Part shown: one piece after another, positions 27,536 to 40,100 of the stretch
Layout: every line of letters starts with the position of its first letter
Position numbering within the stretch: the stretch's first letter is position 1
Source of the DNA: Macrostomum lignano
Taxonomy: Eukaryota
Direction: 5' to 3'
Length of the DNA: 64,000 nucleotides
Assembly (NCBI GenBank): GCA_002269645.1
Contig: NIVC01000245.1
Span: 434,001 to 498,000 of the forward strand
Position numbers and translations under genes: made by a program
The notes under the pieces: generated by a model
The model's input: only the letters and a program-made list of their open reading frames with translations
Databases searched by the model: none
What the model was told of the DNA's origin: nothing

Positions 27536-29910
27536 TTACAGTTTGGCCAAGTGCTTTAGTGGGCCCTTGTATTCCACACCTGAAATTAAGATACAAAACC
27601 TGTTGAATTGCCACCTATTTTGCCATTTATGATAAAAGACAACGGCTAAAAGGACACTCATTTTGAGATGTAACTACAATTGTTTCGAGCAACCTCAATC
27701 GGTTCTGGATGAGAAATATGGACAGAAAACTTTCGTACGGAGAAGGAATCTCAAGAAGTTTCGACAGAAAATCTGAGGGGGGGGGGTAATCCCAAAAAAT
27801 ATCGGCAGAGAATCTGAGGGAGAATTTTATAAAGTATCGGCAGAGAATCTGAGGGGGAATTTCATAAAGTATCGGCAGAGAATCTGAGGAGGGAATCTTA
27901 ATAATCTGAGGGGGGGATCTCAAGAAATCTCGGCAAAGAATCTGAGGGGGGAATCTCAAGAAATCTCGGCAAAGAATCTGAGGGGGAATCTCAAGAAATC
28001 TCGGCAAAGAATCTGAGGGGGGAATCTCAAGAAATCTCGGCAGAGAATCTGAGGGGGGAATCTCAAGAAATCTCGGCAAAGAATCTGAGGAGGGAATCTT
28101 AATAATCTGAGGGGGAATCTCAAGAAATCTCGGCAAAGAATCTGAGGGGGAATCTCAAGAAATCTCGGCAAAGAATCTGAGGGGGGAATCTCAAGAAATC
28201 TCGGCAAAGAATCTGAGGGGGAATCTCAAGAAATCTCGGCAAAGAATCTGAGGGGGGAATCTCAAGAAATCTCGGCAGAGAATCTGAGGGGGGAGTCTCA
28301 AGAAATCTCGGCAGAGAATTTAAAGGGGAATCTCAAGAAATCTCGGCAGAGAATCTGGGGGAAATTTTAAGAAATCTTCGATCAAAAGTTCGGTGAACCT
28401 TGAGAAATTTTGGAAGGAAATCTAAAAAAGGTTATTTTAAGACATCTCATGGGACAATGTAGGAGAGGAAATCTACAAAAGTAAAACAAAAATGAGATGT
28501 TTCACACACAAACTCACCCAGAAGGTCCCCGATGATGTGAAACCGGTCAGACCCGAACACCATCTCCTGCCTTCCGTCCTCTGTGTGCACAATGAAGGTT
28601 GGCGATCCGAAAGCTCCCAGCTTCACTGCCTCATCTGTCACGGATTTAAGCCGGCTTTTCACTTCTTCGCTCAACATGTCGGTCAGGGCGGCGGCGGTCA
28701 CGTCGGCTGACAAACCCGCGGCCTCTGCTGCCGCCCTCAGACTGTCGGGCTGAGCGACGTCCTGGTGGCTGCTGAACAGACGGTAGAACAGCTGACGGCT
28801 CACCTGGCGACAGTTCGAAAATAAGCATTAGTCATCCCCTGCTCGGTACTCGAAGAGAAAGTCTACTATCTAGATAACGCCGCTCTTCCTCAAATCAGAC
28901 CCACAGAACCCTGCAGTAGATGGCGCCACTCTCCCTCAAAGCAGCCCCACAGAACCCTGCAGTAGATGGCGCCACTCTCCCTCAAAGCAGCCCCACAGAA
29001 CCCTGCAGTAGATGGCGCCACTCTCCCTCAAAGCAGCCCCACAGAACCCTGCAGTAGATGGCGCCACTCTCCCTCAAAGCAGCCCACAGAACCCTGCAGT
29101 AGATGGCGCCACTCTCCCTCAAAGCAGCCCCACAGAACCCTGCAGTAGATGGCGCCACTCTCCCTCAAAGCAGCCCCACAGAACCCTGCAGTAGATGGCG
29201 CCACTCTCCCTCAAAGCAGCCCCACAGAACCCTGCAGTAGCTGGCGCCACTCTCCCTCAAATCAGCCCCACAGAACCCTGCAGTAGATGGCGCCACTCTC
29301 CCTCAAAGCAGCCCCACAGAACCCTGCAGTAGATGGCGCCACTCTCCCTCAAAGCAGCCCCACAGAACCCTGCAGTAGATGGCGCCACTCTCCCTCAAAG
29401 CAGCCCCCACAGAACCCTGCAGTAGATGGCGCCACTCTCCCTCAAAGCAGCCCCACAGAACCCTGCAGTAGCTGGCGCCACTCTCCCTCAAATCAGACCC
29501 ACAAAACCCTGCAGTAGATGGCGCCACTCTCCCTCAAAACAGACAGTAGCTGTCAGAACAATTACTTACCGGTTCAACAGCGTCAGGCTGTTTCTGCTGC
29601 AGAGCAGTCAAGAATCGCATGGTTGACAAAGTTCCAGTATTGAACATAATCTCTACAACTCTGTCATTCATAACCAATGGCACGCTGTAGTGTTTAGCCA
29701 ATCTAGGCAAGTCGCATTGCATCATGTGCTCGCCTTTCAGTGGCACTGTAGCCGGGGCCTATTATTGGCTCCTTTCATTATGCCGCCAAGAAAAAATGGA
29801 CGAAAATGAATGGCTAAATTCCATACTGAACGATGTCGACAGAGCACCTCGAAGCCCAGATAGGTGTATGGCGACACAATGTCATAGTAAAAGTCTATTC
29901 GGCGAGACAT
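27536..29910 (-). CDS. GSTK1: glutathione S-transferase kappa, copy 2; exons 29570..29910 (1-bp frameshift), 28518..28803, 27536..27579; ends in PTS1-type AKL
   Basis: Same exon structure as copy 1. Exon 1 is 341 bp versus 342 bp, with a missing base in the G4 run at 29754..29757; either an assembly error or a young pseudogene. Confidence 0.8.
27770..28370. repeat. ~36-bp minisatellite (GAATCTCAAGAAATCTCGGCAAAGAATCTGAGGGGG)n in GSTK copy 2 intron 2
   Basis: Directly visible. Confidence 0.9.
28899..29535. repeat. 46-bp minisatellite (CCTGCAGTAGATGGCGCCACTCTCCCTCAAAGCAGCCCCACAGAAC)n, ~14 copies, in GSTK copy 2 intron 1
   Basis: Directly visible; the ORF starts at 28966 and 29012 are 46 bp apart. 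Confidence 0.95.
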
Positions 29911-31620
29911 TTTACTTGGCTGAATAAGTAAAGTGTTTGATTTACATTATAAAAATGGTATTCACAGCAATGCAGCAATGGATCATATTGCAACAACTCT
30001 ACTTAAATCTGCAAACTAAAATATTTAGCACTCATAGAAGTTTGTTAGAGACTGCTTTTGGGTGATTGCTAGAGTTCTGCTATTACCAAAACGTTTTATA
30101 TCCATATCTAAATCAAAAACATACTGTTGAATGATGCCAAACACAACAATAATATAGTATTGAAAAAGTGACGTCAATAGCTTAACCTGTCTCAGTGATT
30201 TATTGTACAAGAATGGCTATAATCTGCATTTATCTTAACTTTAGACCACAGAAACCCTAACCACACAATGCCACGCCATACATGCATTTAGAAATCCCTA
30301 TTGCTCGAGTCAATGACCCTAGGGACACACAAAGCTTCCCTAGGCCCTTTGCATTAGAAGTGAAAATAATTATCTTAATTTTAGCCCAACCTTGCACAAT
30401 GCACAACCTTGAAAGTTCAGTTGGCCATGCAACTTAGTTTTAACACAAAAAATGTGACATAGTTTTTGGCCAAAAATGCAATATACATATAACAGAAACC
30501 CTAAAGCAAAATTAACGCAACTTTGGGTAAATAGCAAGAGTAAGGAGTAACGACTGTCTTATTAGGTCAAAATGCCTCATTATCTACTTAGTACTACTTA
30601 GGTATTTACTTGGGTGGTCATTTTTGCAACTTACCTTGGTTGGCTGCCAGATTGGCCAACTTGACTGACTATTGTACATGTATGATTTTAGCTTCTACTA
30701 TGCTATCTATATAATGTGCATATATAGAGTAAAAAATCTTTGTTGTTTGAGTACCCAAACCCACTGACTTAAGATGATATGAATAATAAGAATACAAATA
30801 TTACATTGTAAGCTAATTTAATACAATAATTAGGCTTCTAATATTGAATCCAATAGGTTAGAACATAAAGTGAATAGGGTACTGATCAATGCAATTTATT
30901 GATAAACAAATTTGGTAATACTAATACTAATGATAGAGATTTACCAAGACAAACAAATCTGGCAAAATCAAATTTGGAATTTGGAGTCTAGTCAATAAAA
31001 TGACAATAAAAGACAAAAATTAAGCATACCTTATTGATTTTTCTAGTCAATATATAAATAATAAATTTTCATTATAATTGAATTTAAGGTAGGCCTAGCA
31101 AAAATTGCACCTTGTAACCAATTTTATTGGGCAATTTTAAGGCTTAGAGAGAAATTTATCTTATTTTAAAAGATTGGAAATATAGACATATTTATACTAT
31201 ATATTTTGTCTAAAAATACTTTGATTTCTTGTTTTATTTTTTAGATATTATTATAATATAAGGTATGTAGTAGTGCACATAAAGATTAAAAGAAAAATAG
31301 GTTGATATGCCTCTAGGCTAAAATTTTTTAATTTCAAAGTATAATTTTAGAATTTGGAATAGGCCTACACATATTTAGTACACAAAAACCTAGCTCAAAG
31401 CTGTATTATGCAATGTCTAATAATATATACATGTAAATTTGCCAATAGAAATTTTATATAAACAAATTTGGTAAAAGCAAATCTGCAAACTAAAGTGCAT
31501 GTATCCAATGTATCTATCTAAATTATTGATCTAACCAAGGCTTTAATAACACTTATATAAATAATATAAACTGTCTATTAGACCAACCCCCATTTTTTTC
31601 TTTTATTAATAGGCCTAGTA

Positions 31621-31968
31621 TATAAGGCAATGTCCTAGTTTCCTGCATTAAATTATTTTGACCTAAAATTTAAAACAAACAAACAAAAACAAGTTTAGAG
31701 CTTAGGCCTAATTAAAGATTTAAAATGAGTCTTAAGTCTTAAAATAGAATAGTATATGGCATAGAAATACGTTAGCCAGAGTAGAAAATTGCCAAAGAAG
31801 TTGTTACTATTAGATTATAGGTTGCCAGCCAACATATAGTTGACTCAGCATCAATTGTAAAGATACAATATTTATAGATGCTTAAGGTTGTCTCTAACTA
31901 TGATTTACACTAAAAATAACAAAAATTAGGTCAAAATAATTTAATTTGGGAAACTAAGGCATTGTCAT
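31621..31968. mobile_element. possible old MITE with ~48-bp imperfect terminal inverted repeats
   Basis: 31621..31670 is an approximate reverse complement of 31921..31968 (shared core TTAGGTCAAAATAATTTAAT..GGAAACTA). Confidence 0.45.
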
Positions 31969-34900
31969 ACATAATATAGGCTTAAACAAAGCTTAGTAAA
32001 ACACATAAGCCTATAATAAACTTAAATATAATATAAGAAATATGCATTGTTAGATAAGTATATTCTAGAAAAATATATAGTAGAATAGAACAGAAGTATT
32101 GTCAATTGATACTACTGCTGTACATATATATATATATATATATATATACATAATACATTTAGATTTTCTATGGCAAAGAGATGCCTTAAGATTAAGACTA
32201 GCCACTAAACTCCTAGGCCTAGGCCTAATCTTACATAAACTTGAAATAGGCCCTACTAGGCAATCTAGATGGAAAGAAATTGGACAGAAATGCAAAGCAA
32301 ATTTTTGGAAAATAGAATTTTTATTAGGTTTCATAAGCATTTTGGGAGTTTTAGAAATTGCTTTAGAAATTAAATTTCGCTTAGTCCTAGGCCTATATAG
32401 AATTGCTGGGTTGCTTGTTGCTATCTAATTATTTAAATTAGTAATTTGCCTAGCCTAGAAAATAGATTTTTGCTGAATTTGCTTTTGCCAAATTTGTCTG
32501 CAATCAATTTCTGTCACTGAATTTGCCCGCATCCAGATAAACATAGGTAAGCTGAATTGCAGAAAAGCCTTTGAATGTCAATATTGAAATTACAGAATCT
32601 AGAGGGGTCTCAGTTATTGTTTAGTGCCAGATAATTTGATTTTAATTGTTGTTCTAACTTTACATCTAAGCATAATGATGATTTAATGTCATTTTTACAG
32701 CAAAGAATAAAACTAATACACGTGCTAACATTTTGATTAAGATTGCTTTAATTAAACACAGAAACAAAAAGCGTTATTAAATTCCAAGAAAATAATTATT
32801 ACTTTTTTAATATTTGAACCACAAGGAAAAACAAAATAGGTTGTTTATGCTACTGAAAAATAATTATTTTTTAGTTAGGTACAATAATATGTTTCTACTT
32901 TCTTAAAGATAAAAATAAAAACGTTAAGTTGTTTTTACTTTATGTGCAAACATTTGTTAAAATATAACTTCCAAGACATGACCAGAACCAATTTGTGAAG
33001 TATAACTTTTTGTCTCCGTAACTAGAGGGAGATACGTGCTATAAATTTTTTATTATTGAATGACAATCGCCAAGAAGAAAGTGAAAAATCGTGCAAAGTG
33101 AGGCTGTTAAGGCAGTCAAATATTAACAGAGTTTAATAGTTATTTGCTGTTTTTCTTGGAATTCCAAACCGATTCTGGTTCTGGAATTGGTAATATGAAA
33201 AGGCCCATGGAGTTTTACAAAGCTGTTCGAGATAATCAATTTACCCCTGTATGTTTCGCTCTAAATGGACTCTTTAAATAAAACTAGTTGCGTAAGAGCC
33301 CTCCCCCAAGGGCTGAGACTGAGACGCAGGGCCTTTGATTGCCCAAAACTTACCAATGAATGAATGAATTACCCCTGTATGTTATTAACTTCAAATGTGT
33401 ACATCATTTGAAAATGAAGATTGTAGTCTTTAGGTAACACTATACTATAGGCATAGCTATTAATTAGGCCTAAATCTTAAATTTAGTCAGGAGGGTGGCT
33501 TTGGCATGGAAAATTTATTTTATTTCCCATCTGCCATCATTCATATTTCAATTTTATTAAGTTAAAAAGTTAAGCTTTTGCAGCTATGCCATGCCCATGG
33601 CCTTGCCTTATGGCTTACGCCTACTAAAGCTCTATCTAAATGTAACAATTGAAATATAGGTCTTTTTCTGTTTCTGAATCTGAAACTTTCAAATTTTAAT
33701 CTTAAACTTTTTATAGATAGCCAAGCCTACTTGTAGGCCTAACGTCCAAATAGCAAAATTTAACTTAATGTTATCAGGCCTAAGCTAAGCTTTAAACAAT
33801 TGAAAATTTATTCTATAGAATTATTTTGTTAATTGCAGATTGCAAATGGCTTTTTGCAAACAGTAAGCTTAAAAACTAGTATAGGCCTAGGCCCTAATAT
33901 ATTTTGGCCCCAAAAATATTATTTTAAGTAAGCCTAAATACAACTTTCTTTTGGCTTAATGCCTTTATATAATATTATGGAAATAATATTTTGTGGCAGT
34001 CCACTGCTGCCAAACGCCCAACTTATTAATATAATGTGGACTGCAAAGCTTTGCCTAAATACTTCTCTATGGCCCAAATAGATGCTCAAGTTAAGAAGCC
34101 ATGCCAAACTTGAGGCTTGGCAAGAAGACTTTCTTTACTCACTTGCACAACCTTGGCTTAGACTTATGTCCCCAAACTTAGTGTTGCAAGATCTTTCTAG
34201 CAATAAAAGTCTCTCCTCTCAAAGTTTAAAACTCAAGGAACAATTAGCATTTGAAATTTCCCGATTTCCTAACTACTTACTGCAGAGGCTTATAAGTTTA
34301 TTCATTGAATTTCATTGCCTAGCTAATATACTACACAGGGCTGCCTATTGAAAGGCACCAATAATAAAACCAATTTAACCTCAACACAGTCCTATTTATC
34401 TGTTTACATTGTACAACAGCTATGTACACAGCCTGAGCCCAACCCCCCATTCTGGGCTAAGCATTAAATTTAACTCAACCCCTACCATGCAAGGTTTTAT
34501 TTGCATTGAATGCAGAACATGTGTACCCACTACCCCTCAATAAACAGCAACTAGTGGGTGGAGGTTGGGGTAGTTTTTTTTACAAATTGGCTATAGCCCT
34601 AGGCAGAATAGCCAAAGGTTATTGAAGTTTGAAAAAGCAGTTTTCTGCTTTTTTAAAGATCTTAAAATGTGAAAATAATAAATTAAAATAGCCTACAACC
34701 TGCTCCGCAAAATTTGTAGTTTTCCTTATATCTGTTTCAATTTTTATTAGTTTTTCATTGGGTATTATATAACAAAATTGACATAAATATGGCTATTAAA
34801 AGAAAAAAAATGCCTTAAGATGCTATTTATTAATCAAATGCTCCTAGTTACTTGGGCCTAGTGAAACATATTTGCATAAATATTTTAAAAAATCAAATAA

Positions 34901-35378
34901 CAAAATTTAGATAATAGGATAATTAAAAGACTAATAGCATCTTGAATTTTAATAAGATCTTGTCCTTTTTTCTTGACTTAATTTGTATAAGATTTATAAT
35001 CCTATAGGTAAAAAATCTTTAGGAAACTTTAATATAATATAGAGGTTGGGTAGGATTGAAATCAGGCAGGATTAGGATTGGGAATAGTTTTTCCCTGGGT
35101 TTAGGATTGGGTTTTGGGAATCAAGACTAGGTCTTTTAGTGTATTGTAGTTCATAAGTTCATATAGAGTTGAACTAATAGCATCAAGATTCAATATTAAA
35201 TGGTAAAACATAACAGAATAGATACAAAGTTTTGTAACCAATGAAGATTGATGTATCAAATTTCTCCCCATATTTTTGTCTTGCTACACCTCTGCTTTCT
35301 ATTGGTTTAACTGCATTCCCATTTGCGCCGGCACCTACAATTCCAGTTACATTTTGAGTAGCAACACAAGCAGCAACA

Positions 35379-35711
35379 ATGGCAGCAGCAGCAGCAGCGC
35401 GGTCGATCACCAATGCAGCTAAAAGCTTTCTACCGCAGCTCGATCGAGTCCTTGTGCAACGCTTCGAACCGCAGCTAAAAACCAAAGGCGGCGTCCTTCT
35501 GCCAGAGAAAACCATGGGCAAAGTGCTGGAAGCTACGGTGGTGTCCACGGGTCCTGGTAAGTTCCTCGACTCTGGCAAGATTCAACCGGTTAGTGTCAAG
35601 GCAGGTGATCGGGTTCTCCTGCCCGAGTTTGGCGGCACCAAAATCATGCTGGACGATGTCGAGTATTATCTATTCCGAGACGAAGACATCCTTGGCAAGT
35701 TCGAGTCTTGA
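35379..35711 (+). CDS. HSPE1: 10 kDa chaperonin (Hsp10/GroES family), intronless CDS
   Basis: FLPQLDRVLVQR, KTKGGVLLPEK, VKAGDRVLLPEFGGTKI, YYLFRDEDILGK. Confidence 0.96.
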   Translation: MAAAAAARSITNAAKSFLPQLDRVLVQRFEPQLKTKGGVLLPEKTMGKVLEATVVSTGPGKFLDSGKIQPVSVKAGDRVLLPEFGGTKIMLDDVEYYLFRDEDILGKFES

Positions 35712-36097
35712 GCTAAACAAGTTGAATAGACAGAAATGACCTAGGACAGTGTTACCTTGCTACCATCTCTTTGTTACTCAAAGTTTTTCTTCAGTCCTAG
35801 TTATTCACATCTAGCAATGATTGATACCCTCCATTTTAACACCTTTTTGAGCTTTGTACTCGTAGTTTCAAAATTTCATGGGTATCTTCTGTGTGTGTGT
35901 TAGTTGTATAACCAAATACATGCTTGATCAAACTGCAATGAAGAGCAAGCACGGTAAATGTAGTGCAACAACTGTGGTGGTGACAGCAGTTGGCATTTTT
36001 GATACCTAGGTTTTTTAATAAATCAATTAGCTTTTTCTTCAATGATAATTCATCTTTTTTCTGGTTCAACCGTAGAAAATCTTTAGTGACTTGAAGC

Positions 36098-36300
36098 TGT
36101 GCGCACCCAGGCGCACTCCAAGCGATATTGTCACAACCGGCGAGAGGCATTACTGTCCATTCCGCCGACTCCCCTGAGCAGGCACACAAGCGCGAGGATA
36201 CGTACGCAGTCGCACGCACAGGCCACACACTCACAGGAGTGTACAGCGACTCTAACTTTATTTATCGTTCTAAGGCGTACACTTCACTGTGCCTTAGGGG
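36098..36300 (-). mobile_element. 3' part of SINE family A
   Basis: Matches 20480..20680 (CAACCGGCGAGAGGCATTACTG...ACTCACAGGAGTGTACAGCG). Confidence 0.85.
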
Positions 36301-37126
36301 TTGTTTCAGTATAGATGTTTTGTTCAACGGTTGTCACCAACTAAAAGCTGGGGATAAACAAGGCCAAGGGGTTGGGCTCATGTGCTCCTGAAGTTAAGGC
36401 TTGTCTTCTCAATCTTATGAAGCTTTCCTTACAGTGCCTCAATTACAAAAAGATAAAAAATATGACTTGTAAACTTGCGCATGTGCATGTTCGGAAAGAC
36501 AAACTTCTACCAGAGCTTGTACATAGAAGTATTTGTGCAGTAAGTGTATAACATTCTTTATTAAAAAGACAGAATTTTCTGAGTGGAAGCAAAAGACACT
36601 ACTATAAATACTAGAAGTGCAGTGCTACAGTGTAGGTATAGTGAAGCTCGAAAAGTGCACACGTAAAGTAATTTAGCTTTTGAATCTTTAAAGAGAAAAT
36701 TGAGGCAATTGTAGCAGTTACCATAAGCATTTTCATGTCAAGAACCATTGTAGTAGAGTCTACAGTGATCCTCGGTACATATTACAACAGCACGACAGTT
36801 ACATGAATTCTGATTCTGGGCTGGCTATGGCAAACAAAAACTTTGATTAGCAACGTAATACACTCAAACAACATTTAGAAAGTCGTCACCTTAGTCGACG
36901 CAGAGTTGGCTGGGTGAGGAGGTATTGGGAAGAGCGGAGGGCGAATATTGATGGATTGACGCTTTCGCCTGGTTTTCATTGTTTTTTCGAGCATTTTTAT
37001 ATCGTAATGGTTGGCCAGATTATAGACGCTGGTCGAAAGAAGTGCTCACTGTAACAAAGGGTGGCGACTTTTCAATCCTGCTGAGTATGTTTTGGTATTA
37101 GAAGAATTGGCAACTTTAATCTCGTT

Positions 37127-40100
37127 CTAATCAGTGTCTCTATGCTTATCAATTAGCACCACAAGCGACGTCTGTTGGTGCTCGGCAGTCAGTGTCGGGG
37201 TGAAAAACCTAGCTCGAACGCTATTTAGCGAATCGTTAGATGATGCTAAGTCACCCTGGGCTGATCGACCACGGCAATGGCTGACTGCAACGACTGACAG
37301 AAATGCTAACAGTAGAAGAACAAACACAGTGACACTAATAGTAACAGTGACTCTGTTGATGTCGATGACCTCAGCCGAAGGACTGCTAGGACCAGACGTT
37401 AGACTAGGCCCAGTCAGGTCGGGGGGTGAAGCCCGTCTGCAGTTGTTCGTGTCAGGCAGCATTGTTCCGTTTGCTGTGTAGAGAATATGGAGTTGAGGGG
37501 TTGACCGCGGGTGAGGTACATGTACAGTACAATGTGCAAGGCCTGTACAGCATTCGCGACGTCTATAGCGATCTGTAGTTTAGCTGCTGTAATTTATTAA
37601 CGTTCAGCCGACGGATGACGTACTCTATCCGTCGGTGTGATACATGCAAATGTATGCATGTAAATATCCAATTACTATAACGACGTCCGGGTACGTTGGC
37701 AAAATGTCGGAATGTTGCACAAGAAATAGCAGCTTTTTCGAGGTTCTGGGAGTCATGAAGCCCTCTATCCTTAATACCCAAGGACAGCAACCTACATCTA
37801 CATGTATAGCAGCACTGAATTCAGCGCCCAATGCTGAATTCGATGCTTAGGGCCCCTAAGTATGAAGTCTTTTTATGGCGCTAAGATATTTTGTAGCACC
37901 CATAGAATCTGCGCACAATGCATGTAACTGGCTGCATAGTATACCCTTAAATTTTTGGTGCACCCTAAGTCCCAAACGCAAATTGGATTTCCCAGAGGCT
38001 ATAAATACAGCAATGCTGTACGCGAAGGGGGAATGCCTTAAAAATTGCGCTCCAAAAACTAAATGAAGGATCGCTGTAACCAAGCTTGTTGAAAGAATGA
38101 CGGAAGATCAAACCCCTTGGACGCGGCATCCACCAGCCTAGGAGACTATAAAGGCGCCCACCAAGAGACATGGGCGCTCACCTGAGAGACAGGGGCGCCC
38201 ACTAAGAGACATGGGCGCTCACCTGAGAGACAGGGGCGCTCACCTGAGAGACAGGGGCGCCCACCTGAGAGACAGGGGCGCCCACCAAGAGACAGGGGCG
38301 CCCACCTGATAGACTGGGTCGCCCACCTGAGAGACCCAGGGCACCCACCAAGAGACAGGGCGCCCACCAACAGATCTCTAGCTGTTAAACTCGATCTGCT
38401 TTTTATTTACTCACGATAGTAAAGACATCCGGGAGGTGTTGTCAATGGTTCGCATCTTGTGCAACCTAAGTTCTGATTTGTGCTGTCGAAGCTCAGGACC
38501 TTTACCTGGATAATAACGAAACGAAGCAATTAGTTATTAGTGCGTGATTTATGAACTATATTATGAAGCAACAAAAAGAAAAAATTAAAGCACTTACTAA
38601 GGCTTGGTATCCTTGATGCTTTGGAAAACAGTTGAAGGCTGAGCTGTCAGTAAAAGTTACTCTGGCCAGTCCCGATGAAGAGTTGACAAGCTTTTTTACC
38701 TGCATGACAGGGGCAAGCTGATAGTGTAGCATTGCAAAAAACTAAATTTGTACATTTACATACAGTGCGTACCAGTTCGTTAATAAGGTGCGAAATACCC
38801 CTAGTGCTAATTAAGCCCCAGGTACTAGCTAGCATAGCCAGCTAGCTAGCTAGCATAGGCTAGCATAGCTAGCATAGGCTAGCTAGCATAGCCTAGCTAG
38901 CCAGGTACTGGTGCTAGCTCGTAAAGCCACTGGTGCCAAAGCCGCTGGAGCTAAAGCCGCTGGTGCTAAAGCCCTCTAGTGCTAAAGCCGCTGGTGCTAA
39001 AGCCCTCTAGTGCTAAAGCCCTTAGTGCTAAAGCCCTCTAGTGCTAAAGCCCCCCCCTCTAGTGCTAAAGCCCCCCCCCCTGGTTGCTAAAGCCCTCTAG
39101 TGGTAAAGCCCCTGGTTTCTAAAGCCCCTGGTGCTAAAGCCTCTGGTGCTAAAGCCTCTGGTGCTAAAGCTCCTGGTGCTAAAGCCCCTGGTGCTAAAGC
39201 CCCTGGTGCTAAAGCCCCTGGTGCTAAAGCCCCTGGTGCTAAAGCCCCTGGTGCTAGCTCGTAAAGCCACTGGTGCCAAAGCCGCTGGTGCTAAAGCCGC
39301 TGGTGCTAAAGCCCTCTAGTGCTAAAGCCGCTGGTGCTAAAGCCCTCTAGTGCTAAAGCCCTTAGTGCTAAAGCCCTCTAGTGCTAAAGCCCCCCCTGGT
39401 TGCTAAAGCCCTCTAGTGGTAAAGCCCCTGGTTTCTAAAGCCCCTGGTGCTAAAGCCTCTGGTGCTAAAGCCCCTGGTGCTAAAGCCCCTGGTGCTAAAG
39501 CTCCTGGTGCTAAAGCCCCTGGTGCTAAAGCCCCTTGGTGCTAAAGCTCCTGGTGCTAAAGCCCCTGGTGCTAAAGCCCCTGGTGCTAAAGCCCCTGGTG
39601 CTAAAGCCTCTGGTGCTAAAGCCTCTGGTGCTAAAGCCTCTGGTGCTAAAGCCCCTGGTGCTAAAGCCCCTGGTTGCTAAAGCCCCTGGTGCTAAAGCTC
39701 CTGGTGCTAAAGCCCCTGGTGCTAACGCCCCTGGTTGCTATGCTAAAGCCTTTTAAATTAGGGGCGCCCCTACTATCCTGGGTTCGCCCCTGTGCAAGCT
39801 AATTTCTATACATCAGCATCACAAATGCCCAAAAGGTTTAAAAATAGCATATGATATGCATGTATTCTAGTATTCAAAATTGTATTGTCATTGAAACTAA
39901 CATTATCCATCGCTAGATCTTTGCGAGCATGAAAGCCGGAGTCAGACCGAATTTGAACCAGAATGTTGTTCCAAGGCACAGAGGGCGGAGTGAAGTACAC
40001 GTTGGCTTGGCCTAAGCTGCATGAAAATGTCAAGTACAGATTAGACGTCCACGATTCCAGCTTCATAGCATAACTTTCTGCGGGATTTTTATCAGTCAAG

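Noticed and set aside
20190-29535. CRISPR-like arrays (28-46-bp repeats)
   Set aside because: The units are head-to-tail with no unique spacers, there are no cas genes, and the context is eukaryotic.
35183-35578. Head-to-head Hsp60 partner or antisense gene at Hsp10
   Set aside because: The minus ORF is a shadow of Hsp10 with no GroEL motifs, and no Hsp60 exons are visible upstream.
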